NCBI RefSeq assembly: GCF_043187495.1
Contig: NZ_CP171108.1
DNA: 32,000 bases
Origin: Cohnella sp. WGS1546
GTDB taxonomy: Bacteria > Bacillota > Bacilli > Paenibacillales > Paenibacillaceae
Strand: one strand, 5' to 3'
Under the pieces are notes generated by a model. It was not told where the DNA came from. It searched no databases and worked only from the letters and a program-made list of their open reading frames with translations. Of the stretch, positions 18,106-27,739 are shown piece by piece. Positions within the stretch are counted from its first letter, which is position 1, and each line of letters starts with the position of its first letter. Both the position numbers and the translations under genes were made by a program.

Positions 18106-19428
18106 TTATAGGCTCCAATAATAGAAGCCAGCTTTTTCACAATCCTTTTTTTCCAACATTCCCTTTATGTCAATTAGAACTTTCTTTTCATCTTTATAAA
18201 ATTTACTAAGACGATCAGCATCATAATTATCTTTAAAAACGTTATGTGGAACCGCAATGACTAACCCATTCAATTCCGTCAAATCCTTCTCAGAGACCAA
18301 TTGGATCCCGTACTCCTCTAAAACTTCTTCTTCATTAGCAAGAGGGTCATAAACAAGCAGTTCAATTTCTAATTGATCTAATTCATTTATAATATCAATC
18401 ACCTTTGTATTTCGAACATCAGAGCAATTTTCTTTAAATGTGATTCCTAATATCCCTACCCTAGAACCTTTTACAAGTTGATCAGACTGCACAAGTTTTT
18501 TAACTACATTATTTGCTACAAAGACTCCCATGTCATTGTTAATTCTTCGTCCCGCTGAAATGATTTGGGAGTTATACCCTAATTGTTCGGCTTTATATAT
18601 GAAATAATAAGGATCTACGCCAATGCAATGTCCTCCGACTAACCCTGGTTTAAAATCGAGAAAATTCCATTTTGTAGAGGATGCCTTCAAAACTTCTTTG
18701 GTGTCAATCCCCATTTTATGAAAAACAATGGATAGTTCATTCATAAAAGCAATATTGATATCTCTTTGAGCATTTTCAATTACTTTTGAAGCTTCTGCCA
18801 CTTTGATAGACTGTGCTGGATAAATACCGGCCGCAATAATTGAATTGTATACATCGGAAATAACTTTTAATGCTTCTGCGTCTGAAGCGGATACAACTTT
18901 AACGATATTTGTCAATGTGTGAACTCGATCTCCCGGATTAATTCGCTCAGGAGAGTAACCTACTTTAAAATCAAGTCCAAGCGTTAGACCTGATTCTTTT
19001 TCAATCTCGGGAACGCAAATTTCCTCAGTTGTACCTGGATATACTGTCGATTCAAAAACTACAAAGGATTCCTTTTTCAAATTTCTTCCTATAGTTCGAG
19101 AGGCACTTACGACTGGTTTCAAATCCGGGGTTTTGTCACTATTTAGCGGTGTAGGAACAGCAACGATCAGAAAACTACATTCTTGTAAAATATGTTCATT
19201 GGATGTGAATCTAATACTAGTATTCTTTAAAATTTCATCCCCAACCTCCTTTGTCACATCAATTCCATTAATATATTTTTCAATTTTTTGAGGATTATTG
19301 TCATAGCCGACCACATCATACTTCTTAGCAAGTTCAATCGCTAGTGGAAGACCCACATATCCAAGACCAATTACAGCAATCTTTTTTCTTCTATTTAATA
19401 AGTCAAGATATAGGCTCACTATCTCCAT
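18106..19428 (-). CDS. Nucleotide-sugar 6-dehydrogenase, TviB/WbpA/WbpO-like (UDP-HexNAc dehydrogenase class)
   Basis: IAVIGLGYVGLPLA, SPERINPGD, ENAQRDINIAFMNEL and GLVGGHCIGVDPYY motifs. Confidence 0.9.
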   Translation of the reverse strand: MEIVSLYLDLLNRRKKIAVIGLGYVGLPLAIELAKKYDVVGYDNNPQKIEKYINGIDVTKEVGDEILKNTSIRFTSNEHILQECSFLIVAVPTPLNSDKTPDLKPVVSASRTIGRNLKKESFVVFESTVYPGTTEEICVPEIEKESGLTLGLDFKVGYSPERINPGDRVHTLTNIVKVVSASDAEALKVISDVYNSIIAAGIYPAQSIKVAEASKVIENAQRDINIAFMNELSIVFHKMGIDTKEVLKASSTKWNFLDFKPGLVGGHCIGVDPYYFIYKAEQLGYNSQIISAGRRINNDMGVFVANNVVKKLVQSDQLVKGSRVGILGITFKENCSDVRNTKVIDIINELDQLEIELLVYDPLANEEEVLEEYGIQLVSEKDLTELNGLVIAVPHNVFKDNYDADRLSKFYKDEKKVLIDIKGMLEKKDCEKAGFYYWSL

Positions 19429-19464
19429 CCCCTAGTTTATTATTGTCTTAATTTGTATACATAA

Positions 19465-20892
19465 TTAACTACTGGTACTTTGTCTTCTCTTAATTTGCTT
19501 TAAAATACCCATAAAGTCCCCAAAATACAAAACAGCCATTAGTGTAACGATTCCAGCTCCGACAACAACATCTAAAAGTGTATTTTTATAGAATGCTGAG
19601 CATAATGCATACATAATAATTATTGCTAAAATCGTATATATTCTTTTCAGGCCATAGTCAACCTTATAATATTTCAATGACAAATGTGTTCTCAAACTGA
19701 AAAAAACGATAAATGAAATCGCAGTGGCAACAGCTGCTCCAATAGCCCCATATCGAGGGACTAATATAAAATTTCCAAGAATGCTAACCAGACACGATGC
19801 TCCTGCAATTAGTATGTGCCAATTGACTTTTTTGTAGAAATTAATTCCTATTACAGTCGTTTCCGAAATTGTATACATAATGGGCATAAAAACTAAAAAG
19901 GGCATGATCTCGGCTGCATCTTTATATTCTTTTCCGAGAAGTAGCACAATAATGTCTTTTCCCATAATACATGCTACAGCAATAATAAACATCGTAAATG
20001 ATACAAGTTTACTCATCCATTCGAAGAGTCTTTTGTCTTGTGGATTCTTCTCATAATGCTCAAAGCAAACAGGCGCCCAAAAAGTAGAAAATGTTACTTG
20101 TAGAACACTTAATAAGCCGATGATTTTAAAAGCAGCAGCGTATAAGCCTAACTCTTCAAAATTTCCCCAATGTTTTATTGCTATTTTATCGAAAGATTGA
20201 AAGAGCCAAGTAATTAAACTAGTTAGAACTAACGGATATGCGTACTTAATAGTATCTGTACTTGAATTTCTCAGTTCTGCTTTTGCAAAATTGCTAAAAC
20301 TCCAATACTTTTTTTCCACAAAAATAGTTACTATACTTAAGATCATTACTGTAACAACGGTTGAATAAATTAATACTTCGTAGCTAGCCCCCATAAAATA
20401 ATAAAGTAAAAGTAAAAAAATCAAATTAAATGATCGATTTAGTATTTCTACTATAGAAAACAATATTCCCTTCTGCTGCATTCTGATCACTAAAGTTCCA
20501 TACCTGTATAAAACCTGTGATACAACTCCTAACGCTAGTATTAAAGCAACCCCTCTATTCTCTTCACCAAACAAAAAAACGGAAACCTGTTCATCAAAAA
20601 TAAGTATGATGAATACAGTTGCCCCGGCCAAAACGATGGGAAGCCTTAAACAATTATAAAGTAGTTTCCCCCTTTTAGCGCTATCTTCCTCATAAAAAAA
20701 CCTAACAAATGACTGGTCAGTTCCAAAAATAACTATAATCGTCAATATGTTTAATGTAAGAATAAACATTGATGCCTTTCCAAAATCCTCCGGAGAAATG
20801 AGTCTCGTCGTAACTATAGTTCCCAAAAAATTTATTGCTAGACCGATCCCACTCCCGAACGAAAAAGATAAAAACTTACGAAGCAACTCCAT
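19465..20892 (-). CDS. Oligosaccharide flippase (Wzx, MOP superfamily)
   Basis: 475 aa and about 12-14 TM helices, with a typical polysaccharide-biosynthesis-protein profile. It sits between the transferase and sugar-synthesis genes. Confidence 0.85.
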   Translation of the reverse strand: MELLRKFLSFSFGSGIGLAINFLGTIVTTRLISPEDFGKASMFILTLNILTIIVIFGTDQSFVRFFYEEDSAKRGKLLYNCLRLPIVLAGATVFIILIFDEQVSVFLFGEENRGVALILALGVVSQVLYRYGTLVIRMQQKGILFSIVEILNRSFNLIFLLLLYYFMGASYEVLIYSTVVTVMILSIVTIFVEKKYWSFSNFAKAELRNSSTDTIKYAYPLVLTSLITWLFQSFDKIAIKHWGNFEELGLYAAAFKIIGLLSVLQVTFSTFWAPVCFEHYEKNPQDKRLFEWMSKLVSFTMFIIAVACIMGKDIIVLLLGKEYKDAAEIMPFLVFMPIMYTISETTVIGINFYKKVNWHILIAGASCLVSILGNFILVPRYGAIGAAVATAISFIVFFSLRTHLSLKYYKVDYGLKRIYTILAIIIMYALCSAFYKNTLLDVVVGAGIVTLMAVLYFGDFMGILKQIKRRQSTSS

Positions 20893-20895
20893 ATC

Positions 20896-22032
20896 CTAGT
20901 ACCTAGTGAAAAATTGAATGATTTTTTCAATGATGGAATCTACTTCGCTTTCTTCTAAATCATAATACAATGGCAATCGTAGCAATTTTTCACTTTCAAC
21001 TGTAGTATAGGTGTCTTCCCCATGAAAACTTCCATATATAGTACCGGCTACGCTACTATGCAGTGGAACATAATGAAAGGCTGTGGATATCCTATGTTCT
21101 TTCAAGAATTTCATTAACCACGACCTAATCTCAATATTCTCACATTTAATATAAAACATGTGGGCATTATGATCACATGCTTCGGGAATGTGAGGAAGTT
21201 TAATTTTTTTACTATTTTGTAGTTCTTCAAGCCCTCGGTAGTATTTATACCAAATATCAAGTCTTTTTTTATTTACTTTTTCTGCCTCTTCTAGCTGTGC
21301 AAACAAATACGCAGCATTTAATTCACTCGGCAAATACGAACTTCCTACATCAACCCAAGTATACTTGTCTACCTCACCTCGAAAAAACTTACTTCGATTC
21401 GTCCCCTTTTCTCTAATAATTTCAGCTCTTTCAACAAAATGCTCATTCTGAATTAGTAGCGCCCCTCCCTCACCCATCGTATAATTTTTTGTTTCATGAA
21501 AACTAAAACATCCAAAGTCACCTATTGAGCCAAGTGGTTTTCCATGATACTTCGACATAACACTTTGGGCAGCATCCTCTATAACTAGTAATCGGTATTT
21601 TCGAGCAATATCCATAATGCGATTCATTTCGCATGCGACTCCGGCATAATGCACAGGAATAATAGCCCTAGTACGCTCTGTAATAGCATCCTCAATCAAG
21701 TTTTCATTTATATTCATCGTATCTGGTCTTATGTCAACAAACTTTATTGTTGCACCTCGAAGGACAAAGGGATTCACCGTAGAGACAAAGGTATATGATG
21801 GTGCAATGACTTCATCTCCCGGTTGAATATCGGCTAATATTGCAGCCAATTCAATTGCATGAGTACAAGATGTCGTTAATAAAGCCTTCACTGTCTGACA
21901 TTGCGTTTCAATCCATTTATTACATTTTTGTGTGTATGGCCCATCACCACATAATTTTTGATTATATTCGATTGAGTCTTTAATATAGCTTTGCTCTTTC
22001 CCAATATGGAGAGGAAGATTAAAAGGGATCAT
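20896..22032 (-). CDS. wecE: dTDP-4-keto-6-deoxy-D-glucose 4-aminotransferase, WecE-like
   Basis: Collinear over the full length with the remembered E. coli WecE (CGDG, LLT.SCT, DIQPGDEVI.PSYTFVST.N.FVLRGA, PVHYAGVACEM, FSFHETKNYT.GEGGA, REKGTNRS.FFRG.VDKYTW, NAHMFYIK, LLRLPL.Y). GGAGG lies 7 nt before the ATG. Confidence 0.9.
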   Translation of the reverse strand: MIPFNLPLHIGKEQSYIKDSIEYNQKLCGDGPYTQKCNKWIETQCQTVKALLTTSCTHAIELAAILADIQPGDEVIAPSYTFVSTVNPFVLRGATIKFVDIRPDTMNINENLIEDAITERTRAIIPVHYAGVACEMNRIMDIARKYRLLVIEDAAQSVMSKYHGKPLGSIGDFGCFSFHETKNYTMGEGGALLIQNEHFVERAEIIREKGTNRSKFFRGEVDKYTWVDVGSSYLPSELNAAYLFAQLEEAEKVNKKRLDIWYKYYRGLEELQNSKKIKLPHIPEACDHNAHMFYIKCENIEIRSWLMKFLKEHRISTAFHYVPLHSSVAGTIYGSFHGEDTYTTVESEKLLRLPLYYDLEESEVDSIIEKIIQFFTRY

Positions 22033-22100
22033 TGCTTATCCTCCAAATCGGCTTCTTTTTGATTCAAAGCGTAGAACGCAATTTTCTCCATTTTTCACCC

Positions 22101-23141
22101 TTACCCAAGGATACGTTCCCAGTCTTCTTTTAATTTCGATTCACAAAACTTCAACTTTATATTATTAATATTATTTAACATTGAACTTTCTGGAATCATA
22201 CTGAAAATATCATCAAGATTACCGCCTGAATTGTACACTATCAAATTATGTTCGGCACAGAACTTCCATGTTGTTATATCACTCCTGATATAAACCTTTT
22301 TTCCTAATCCTAATAAAGTGATTATATTTCCCATGGCTTGTTGTCTATTGTGATTGAATATTGCAACATCAATGGTGGATAAGAAATGTAAATATTGATT
22401 ATGCGTCATCATGGTAATAATTGGCCTAAATTTGATGCCAAATAGTTTTTTTCCTAGTTTTATTACCTCATCCCTATACTCGTTAATTCCATAGGATAAA
22501 GGGCATATAATTTCAATTGATTTATTATTATAATTCTTCAGTTTTTCAAATACTTCTATATGATTGTTAGAAGGATCCGCTGAGTTCCCTACTTGAACGT
22601 AAACTGTTACGTCATTCTCTTTCTTCACCTGGTTCAAATCATATTCTTTATATAAATTACTTGGATACATAAACGAATAATAATACTTCCCTCGAGCTCC
22701 GTACCATTTCTGAGCTAACTCGTAATCCCCTTTTACGGGTGTAATTAAACCGGCAATATTTCTAATAATAAATTTTCGTAGCAGTTCTTTTAGATTAGAT
22801 TTCAAACTTCTTGTTCTTGATTTATACCAGTACAGATCCCCCCCCCATATAATCCAATAACTTTTCTTAAGTAACCACGGTTGAAAAAATAAAATTAATA
22901 AAATTCCATTGTGAAACAAGCCATGAAAAAATAGCTTATCTGCTGTATTTAACTTTCTTATCAAATGAAAAAGAGACAATATTCTCTTTTCGACTTCTGT
23001 CACATTTTTTCTGGAATTAACATTGAATTCCGCATTACCAAATACCATAAAATGATGGCATTCGGAATCAAAATGTTTCATCATAAATTCTATGAATGGT
23101 TGAGTAAACTTTTCTCTTGCTATCATATGAACATTACTCAT
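22101..23141 (-). CDS. wecF: WecF-like (GT56) 4-amino/acetamido-6-deoxyhexosyl transferase
   Basis: FFHGLF, WIIWGGDLY, VGNSADPSNNHI and NR.QAMGNI match remembered WecF motifs. The ATG at 23141 (AAGGAA upstream) is preferred over 23150 and overlaps the rmlB2 3' end by 8 nt. Confidence 0.8.
   Translation of the reverse strand: MSNVHMIAREKFTQPFIEFMMKHFDSECHHFMVFGNAEFNVNSRKNVTEVEKRILSLFHLIRKLNTADKLFFHGLFHNGILLILFFQPWLLKKSYWIIWGGDLYWYKSRTRSLKSNLKELLRKFIIRNIAGLITPVKGDYELAQKWYGARGKYYYSFMYPSNLYKEYDLNQVKKENDVTVYVQVGNSADPSNNHIEVFEKLKNYNNKSIEIICPLSYGINEYRDEVIKLGKKLFGIKFRPIITMMTHNQYLHFLSTIDVAIFNHNRQQAMGNIITLLGLGKKVYIRSDITTWKFCAEHNLIVYNSGGNLDDIFSMIPESSMLNNINNIKLKFCESKLKEDWERILG
22838..22846. repeat. C9 (G9 on the coding strand) homopolymer inside the wecF-like gene
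   Basis: Counted directly: ...gatCCCCCCCCCatat... It encodes the W-G-G-D of the conserved WGGDLY motif as tgg ggg ggg gat. Confidence 0.95.
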
Positions 23142-24201
23142 TCTTCTCATTCCTTAGAACCGTGCTCACCCAATTCTGGTTAGATAAATACCACTCCACA
23201 GTTAATGCAATGCCTTCTTCGAAATTAGTTTCAGGATGCCAGTTCAGTTCTTTCTCAATTTTAGTTGGGTCAATTGCATATCTTCTGTCATGTCCTTTTC
23301 TATCTTTAACATAAGATATTAAGTTGTAATTCACATTGGATAAGTCTGTTTTTAGAATAGACCGATACTCGGGTTTCCTATCTATAATATCCTTAATTAA
23401 ATCGATAATTAACTTTACAATTTGTATATTTTGTCTTTCATTATGGCCGCCTATATTATATACCTCACCAATTTTTCCACTGTGCAAAACTATGTCAATT
23501 GCCTTGCAGTGATCCTCAACATATAGCCAATCTCTAACGTTTAAACCATCACCATATACTGGAACATCCTCGCCTGTCAGCACCTTCTTAATTATCATTG
23601 GAATAAGTTTCTCAGGAAAATGATATGGCCCATAATTATTAGAGCACCTTGTAATATTAACAGGAATATTGTATGTTTCCATATAAGCTTGAACAATTAA
23701 ATCTGCACTTGCCTTGGAGGCCGAGTATGGCGATCTAGGAGCTAGTGGAGTTTCTTCTGTGAAGTACCCAAATTGGCCCAAGCTTCCGTATACTTCATCA
23801 GTAGAGATCTGAAGAAACTTCACTCCTTCCTTATATGAGTCTTCACCTATCATCCAAGATGTTCGGGCAACATCTAGTAAATTCTGGGTGCCTAGAATAT
23901 TTGTTTTTAAGAAGACATGTGGATCTTCAATAGATCGATCCACATGTGATTCAGCTGCGAAATTAATGACGTAATCTATTTTATGTGTATCGAATATGCT
24001 TTGTACTAAAAAAGTATCACATATGTCTCCTTGATAGAACTTGATTCTGTTGGAGACATCACCAAGTGTAACTATATTGCCAGCATAAGTTAATTTATCT
24101 AGAACAATAAGGTTGATTTCATCATTGTATTTTTTCAACATATACTTCACAAAATTCGAACCAATAAAACCTGCTCCACCGGTAATAAGGTACGTTTTCA
24201 T
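23134..24201 (-). CDS. rmlB: dTDP-glucose 4,6-dehydratase, low-GC copy
   Basis: YLITGGAGFIGSNF, STDEVYG and YSASKA motifs. The ATG at 24201 has AAAGGGGGG 6 nt upstream. The ATG at 24219, which overlaps the rmlA stop as ATGA, is the alternative start. Confidence 0.93.
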   Translation of the reverse strand: MKTYLITGGAGFIGSNFVKYMLKKYNDEINLIVLDKLTYAGNIVTLGDVSNRIKFYQGDICDTFLVQSIFDTHKIDYVINFAAESHVDRSIEDPHVFLKTNILGTQNLLDVARTSWMIGEDSYKEGVKFLQISTDEVYGSLGQFGYFTEETPLAPRSPYSASKASADLIVQAYMETYNIPVNITRCSNNYGPYHFPEKLIPMIIKKVLTGEDVPVYGDGLNVRDWLYVEDHCKAIDIVLHSGKIGEVYNIGGHNERQNIQIVKLIIDLIKDIIDRKPEYRSILKTDLSNVNYNLISYVKDRKGHDRRYAIDPTKIEKELNWHPETNFEEGIALTVEWYLSNQNWVSTVLRNEKNE

Positions 24202-24215
24202 TTCTTGCCCCCCTT

Positions 24216-25088
24216 TCATTGCGTCATCTCAGCAATTCGAAGAAGATATTGACCATAATCTGTTTTTAGTAATGGTTCAGCTAACCGGATCAATTGTTCC
24301 TTATTTATTAACTTCTGACGGTAGGCTATCTCCTCAATACATGCAACGTAAAGCCCTTGTCTATTTTGAATTGCTTCAACAAAATTCGAAGCATCTAATA
24401 ATCCTTTGTGAGTTCCTGAATCTAGCCATGCTGTTCCCCGACCTAAGACCTCAATATGAAGTAAGCCCCTATTTAAATACTCATTATTAACTGAAGTTAT
24501 TTCCAACTCACCTCTATTTGAAGGTTTTACATTTTTTGAAATATCAACAACGTCATTGTTATAAAAGTAAAGCCCCGGGACAACATAATTCGATTTAGGC
24601 CATTCCGGTTTTTCCTCAATTGATACAACTTTTCGATCAGCAGTAAACTCCACAACACCAAAATCATTAGGATTAGCTACATAATATCCAAATATCGTAG
24701 CCCCTTCCCTACGCTCCTGTGCTCTCCTCATAGCCTCTACTAATCCAGAACCATAAAAAACATTATCGCCCAATACCAGACATACTGGGCCTGTCCCGAT
24801 AAATTCCTCGCCAAGTATAAAGGCTTCTGCTAGGCCACGGGGTTCAGATTGAATGGTATACTTAAATTCGAGACCTAATTGACTTCCATCGCCAAACAGT
24901 TCTTCATACACTACTATATCACGCTGTGTTGAAATAATTAGTATTTCTCTAATACCTGCAAGCATTAAAACTGACAATGGATAATATATCATTGGCTTAT
25001 CGTAAATAGGTAAGATCTGTTTTGAAATGACTTTAGTTGCCGGGTACAATCTCGTACCGGCTCCACCAGCTAGTATAATTCCCCGCAT
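24216..25088 (-). CDS. rmlA: Glucose-1-phosphate thymidylyltransferase
   Basis: [17 protein letters not shown]...[16 protein letters not shown] matches RmlA. The start is moved from 25154 to the ATG at 25088 (GAGG 9 nt upstream). Confidence 0.93.
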   Translation of the reverse strand: MRGIILAGGAGTRLYPATKVISKQILPIYDKPMIYYPLSVLMLAGIREILIISTQRDIVVYEELFGDGSQLGLEFKYTIQSEPRGLAEAFILGEEFIGTGPVCLVLGDNVFYGSGLVEAMRRAQERREGATIFGYYVANPNDFGVVEFTADRKVVSIEEKPEWPKSNYVVPGLYFYNNDVVDISKNVKPSNRGELEITSVNNEYLNRGLLHIEVLGRGTAWLDSGTHKGLLDASNFVEAIQNRQGLYVACIEEIAYRQKLINKEQLIRLAEPLLKTDYGQYLLRIAEMTQ

Positions 25089-25200
25089 TGATCTCATCCT
25101 CACAGTTCTATCATTGCCTTGCCTGTCAGATCTCCTGTTAAACTCATACGTCATTAATTACTATGTAGTAGTCATTCGGATCGAGAACACACCTCTACTA

Positions 25201-26655
25201 TTAATACGCACCCTTCCTCTTCAGCACAGCTCCAACCGTCCGAAACATAATCTTAAAATCCAATGTAAGTGATTGGTTATATACATAGTAAAGCTCAATA
25301 TCAACCCTCTCCGGATAGCCGGCATTGCTTCTACCACTCACTTGCCAGTACCCTGTCACCCCCGGCTTTACCGATAAAAAATCAAATAACAGTTGATCGT
25401 ACTCCTGCAGTTCCTCTTCGACTACAGGACGGGGTCCCACCAGACTCATTTCTCCCTTCAACACGTTAAATAATTGAGGTAATTCATCGAGGCTTGTTCG
25501 TCTGAGGAATCTGCCCAGCTTCGTAATTCTTGGGTCCTGTTCTGGCTCCAATTTGTAGTTGTTATCTAAATACTTTCGATAAAGTTCAGGATCTTCTTTC
25601 AAGCGTATCTCGGCATCTGTAACCATCGAACGGAATTTATAAATATGAAATCTCGTTCCGTTAATTCCTATTCTAATCTGTTTGAATACTGCCGGCCCGC
25701 GAGAATCAAGCTTCACGAGCGTCCAAAGTAAAAATAGCAATGGGGATAAGATTATGATAGCTAAGACGGACAAGACAATATCAAGCGTACGTTTCGCCAA
25801 ACCGTGCCAACTTTTTGTTTGGATGTTGCTTACCTCAAGAAATGGGTAAGGATCGAGCTGATCATATCCAACTCGGGCTGAAATAATATTATATAACTCC
25901 GGTATAATCTTGACTTTAACTTTATGCTTTTGAATATTTTTAATTAATGTATAGATATATTCTTTTTTCGAGGGCAAGGTGACAATAACTTCATCTACTT
26001 CGTTTTGTGCAATGACACTCTCAATATCCGATAGTCGCCCTTTTACCTCGGGACCATTTTTATGATCATCTAGAAATCCGATTAACCGGTAGCCCCGGGT
26101 TTTTAACTCACTTAAATGCTCATATAACTGATTGCCTACATTTCCGGCACCAATAATAAGCACGTTTCGGGCCAACACCTTACTGTATGTAAGAAGTCGG
26201 ATTACTGCTCGCTTTGTTAACCTCACAATCCATGACAAGGACAGAAGTCCTACGAAATAAAAACCTATAACTATTCTGGAAAAGTCAATTGAAACCTTCA
26301 TTAAAAACAAAACACCGGCTGTAATCATAAAAGTAAGAAAAGCAATTTTGATTAGTTGGAATAATTCACTAACGAAACTATAAGTCGGAATTAATCGGAA
26401 CAAGCCCTTATTTAACAATAACACTGTATTTACTCCCAAAATAAAGGCCAATAAGTACATGTAGTTATACGACAAGTCCCGTTTAATATACCATTCAAAA
26501 ATCCATTTAAACAACATTACACCTACTGCTAGTTCTACAAGAATAAAAACAGAAGCCAGCAGATAAAGAATGCGTTTTTTTCGAATCTTTTTCTTGGTTA
26601 CAGACTCCATGTGGGCCAAATGCGATTGAATATTGATCGTCTTGGCTGCCTGCAT
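25201..26655 (-). CDS. Polyprenyl-phosphate hexose-1-phosphate transferase, WbaP/CpsE-type initiating enzyme
   Basis: N-terminal TM block, a Rossmann-like IIGAGNVG and a C-terminal bacterial sugar-transferase domain (KR.LD, P..F.Q.R.G..G..F...KFRSM, LDELPQL.NVLKGEMSLVGPRP). The ATG at 26655 has AAAGAGGAG upstream. The ATG at 26682 has no RBS. Confidence 0.88.
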   Translation of the reverse strand: MQAAKTINIQSHLAHMESVTKKKIRKKRILYLLASVFILVELAVGVMLFKWIFEWYIKRDLSYNYMYLLAFILGVNTVLLLNKGLFRLIPTYSFVSELFQLIKIAFLTFMITAGVLFLMKVSIDFSRIVIGFYFVGLLSLSWIVRLTKRAVIRLLTYSKVLARNVLIIGAGNVGNQLYEHLSELKTRGYRLIGFLDDHKNGPEVKGRLSDIESVIAQNEVDEVIVTLPSKKEYIYTLIKNIQKHKVKVKIIPELYNIISARVGYDQLDPYPFLEVSNIQTKSWHGLAKRTLDIVLSVLAIIILSPLLFLLWTLVKLDSRGPAVFKQIRIGINGTRFHIYKFRSMVTDAEIRLKEDPELYRKYLDNNYKLEPEQDPRITKLGRFLRRTSLDELPQLFNVLKGEMSLVGPRPVVEEELQEYDQLLFDFLSVKPGVTGYWQVSGRSNAGYPERVDIELYYVYNQSLTLDFKIMFRTVGAVLKRKGAY

Positions 26656-26689
26656 GATGTGCCACTCCTCTTTAAGCTTCATCCGATAT

Positions 26690-26724
26690 AGAAAAACTCA
26701 TTACTGCTTTATCTGTAATGAGTC
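26690..26724 (-). terminator. Terminator-like hairpin between the wzz-like gene and the initiating transferase
   Basis: On the minus strand, actcattac-(11-nt loop)-gtaatgagt is followed by ttttt. It ends about 35 nt before the ATG at 26655. Confidence 0.55.
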
Positions 26725-26752
26725 TTCATTCGATTATTGCTGGTCCAAAATA

Positions 26753-27739
26753 TCAGTTGCGGGTCTCCGATGCTTTCCAAAAATGACGTACTAATACGAA
26801 CATTACGCTAAAAAATCCTCCTAAGACCATTGCAATAGCCACAATTAACTTCTTGTTCGGTCCTGTTGGCTGGTCCGTTTCGATTGAAGGTGAAACAAAT
26901 ACGGCGTTAGTACCGTTTAGCATTCTTTCTGTCTGTTGTACTCGTAACCTTTCACTGTTCATTTCCTGCTCAACTTTGCGGATTTCCGATTCATGTCGAT
27001 CGATGGCCGACTCCTTAACCTTCATTTCTTCTGCTAGTTTACCTAGTTGGATAGTTAGTTCAGCAACTTTGGACTCCAAAGTAGTATAGGTAGGATTTAT
27101 TTCTTCACTAATAAGAGAAACGCTACCAAGATCCCTATTGCTTATACCAATCGATGTGTTGTTTTCTTGCACAACTGATTGCAAATATGGCTCATCAGCT
27201 AATGCGCTAATCGTTAAGAGCTTCTCCGAAGTTTTAGCCAATTGCTTTTCCGCTTCGGCAAGTTCACCCTTCGTTACTGTTACCGTATCTACAAGTTCTA
27301 GTAATTCATTTTTATAACGAATAATCTCGTTTGCACGATCAGTCACTTCAATTCGAGCGCCTAGTTCAAAGGCTAGAAAGTTAGCTACATTTGTCACAAA
27401 TCCGGGGTCCGAACCATTTACTTTTATTTCAGCAACGTTAGTGTTTTGCACATATTGAATCGATACTGCATCTTTAACTTCTGGGATAGAATAGGAGTCC
27501 AGTTGGAGTGTATTTTTTAGCTTCAACATGGTTGCATCATTAGAAAGCGTTTCGACAAATGAGAGAAGTATTTCCGGATTGTTGGCTACCCGTACATTCG
27601 CTTTAGCTTCGTAAGTCGGAGGAACAAAAAAACCGATAATGGCAGCGCTCAGCATACATGCCACCGTTACCGAAGCGATGATTAGTTTCCCTTTCCAAAC
27701 TGTTTCTAAAATTTCACGCAAACTGATTTCTTCCCGCAC
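26753..27739 (-). CDS. Wzz-like polysaccharide co-polymerase (chain-length determinant), no kinase partner in the window
   Basis: N-terminal I.L.E....W..K..I TM1 with PTYEA, a long coiled-coil middle and a C-terminal TM (LIVAIAMVLGGFF). GTG start with GAGG 8 nt upstream. Confidence 0.8.
   Translation of the reverse strand: MREEISLREILETVWKGKLIIASVTVACMLSAAIIGFFVPPTYEAKANVRVANNPEILLSFVETLSNDATMLKLKNTLQLDSYSIPEVKDAVSIQYVQNTNVAEIKVNGSDPGFVTNVANFLAFELGARIEVTDRANEIIRYKNELLELVDTVTVTKGELAEAEKQLAKTSEKLLTISALADEPYLQSVVQENNTSIGISNRDLGSVSLISEEINPTYTTLESKVAELTIQLGKLAEEMKVKESAIDRHESEIRKVEQEMNSERLRVQQTERMLNGTNAVFVSPSIETDQPTGPNKKLIVAIAMVLGGFFSVMFVLVRHFWKASETRN

Noticed and set aside
22029-22091. A 20-codon ORF (MEKIAFYALNQKEADLEDKQ) filling the wecF-wecE intergenic gap and overlapping the wecE ATG as ATGA
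   Set aside because: It is too short to support from sequence alone, has only a weak RBS, and could be chance. It would need ribosome profiling or conservation evidence.
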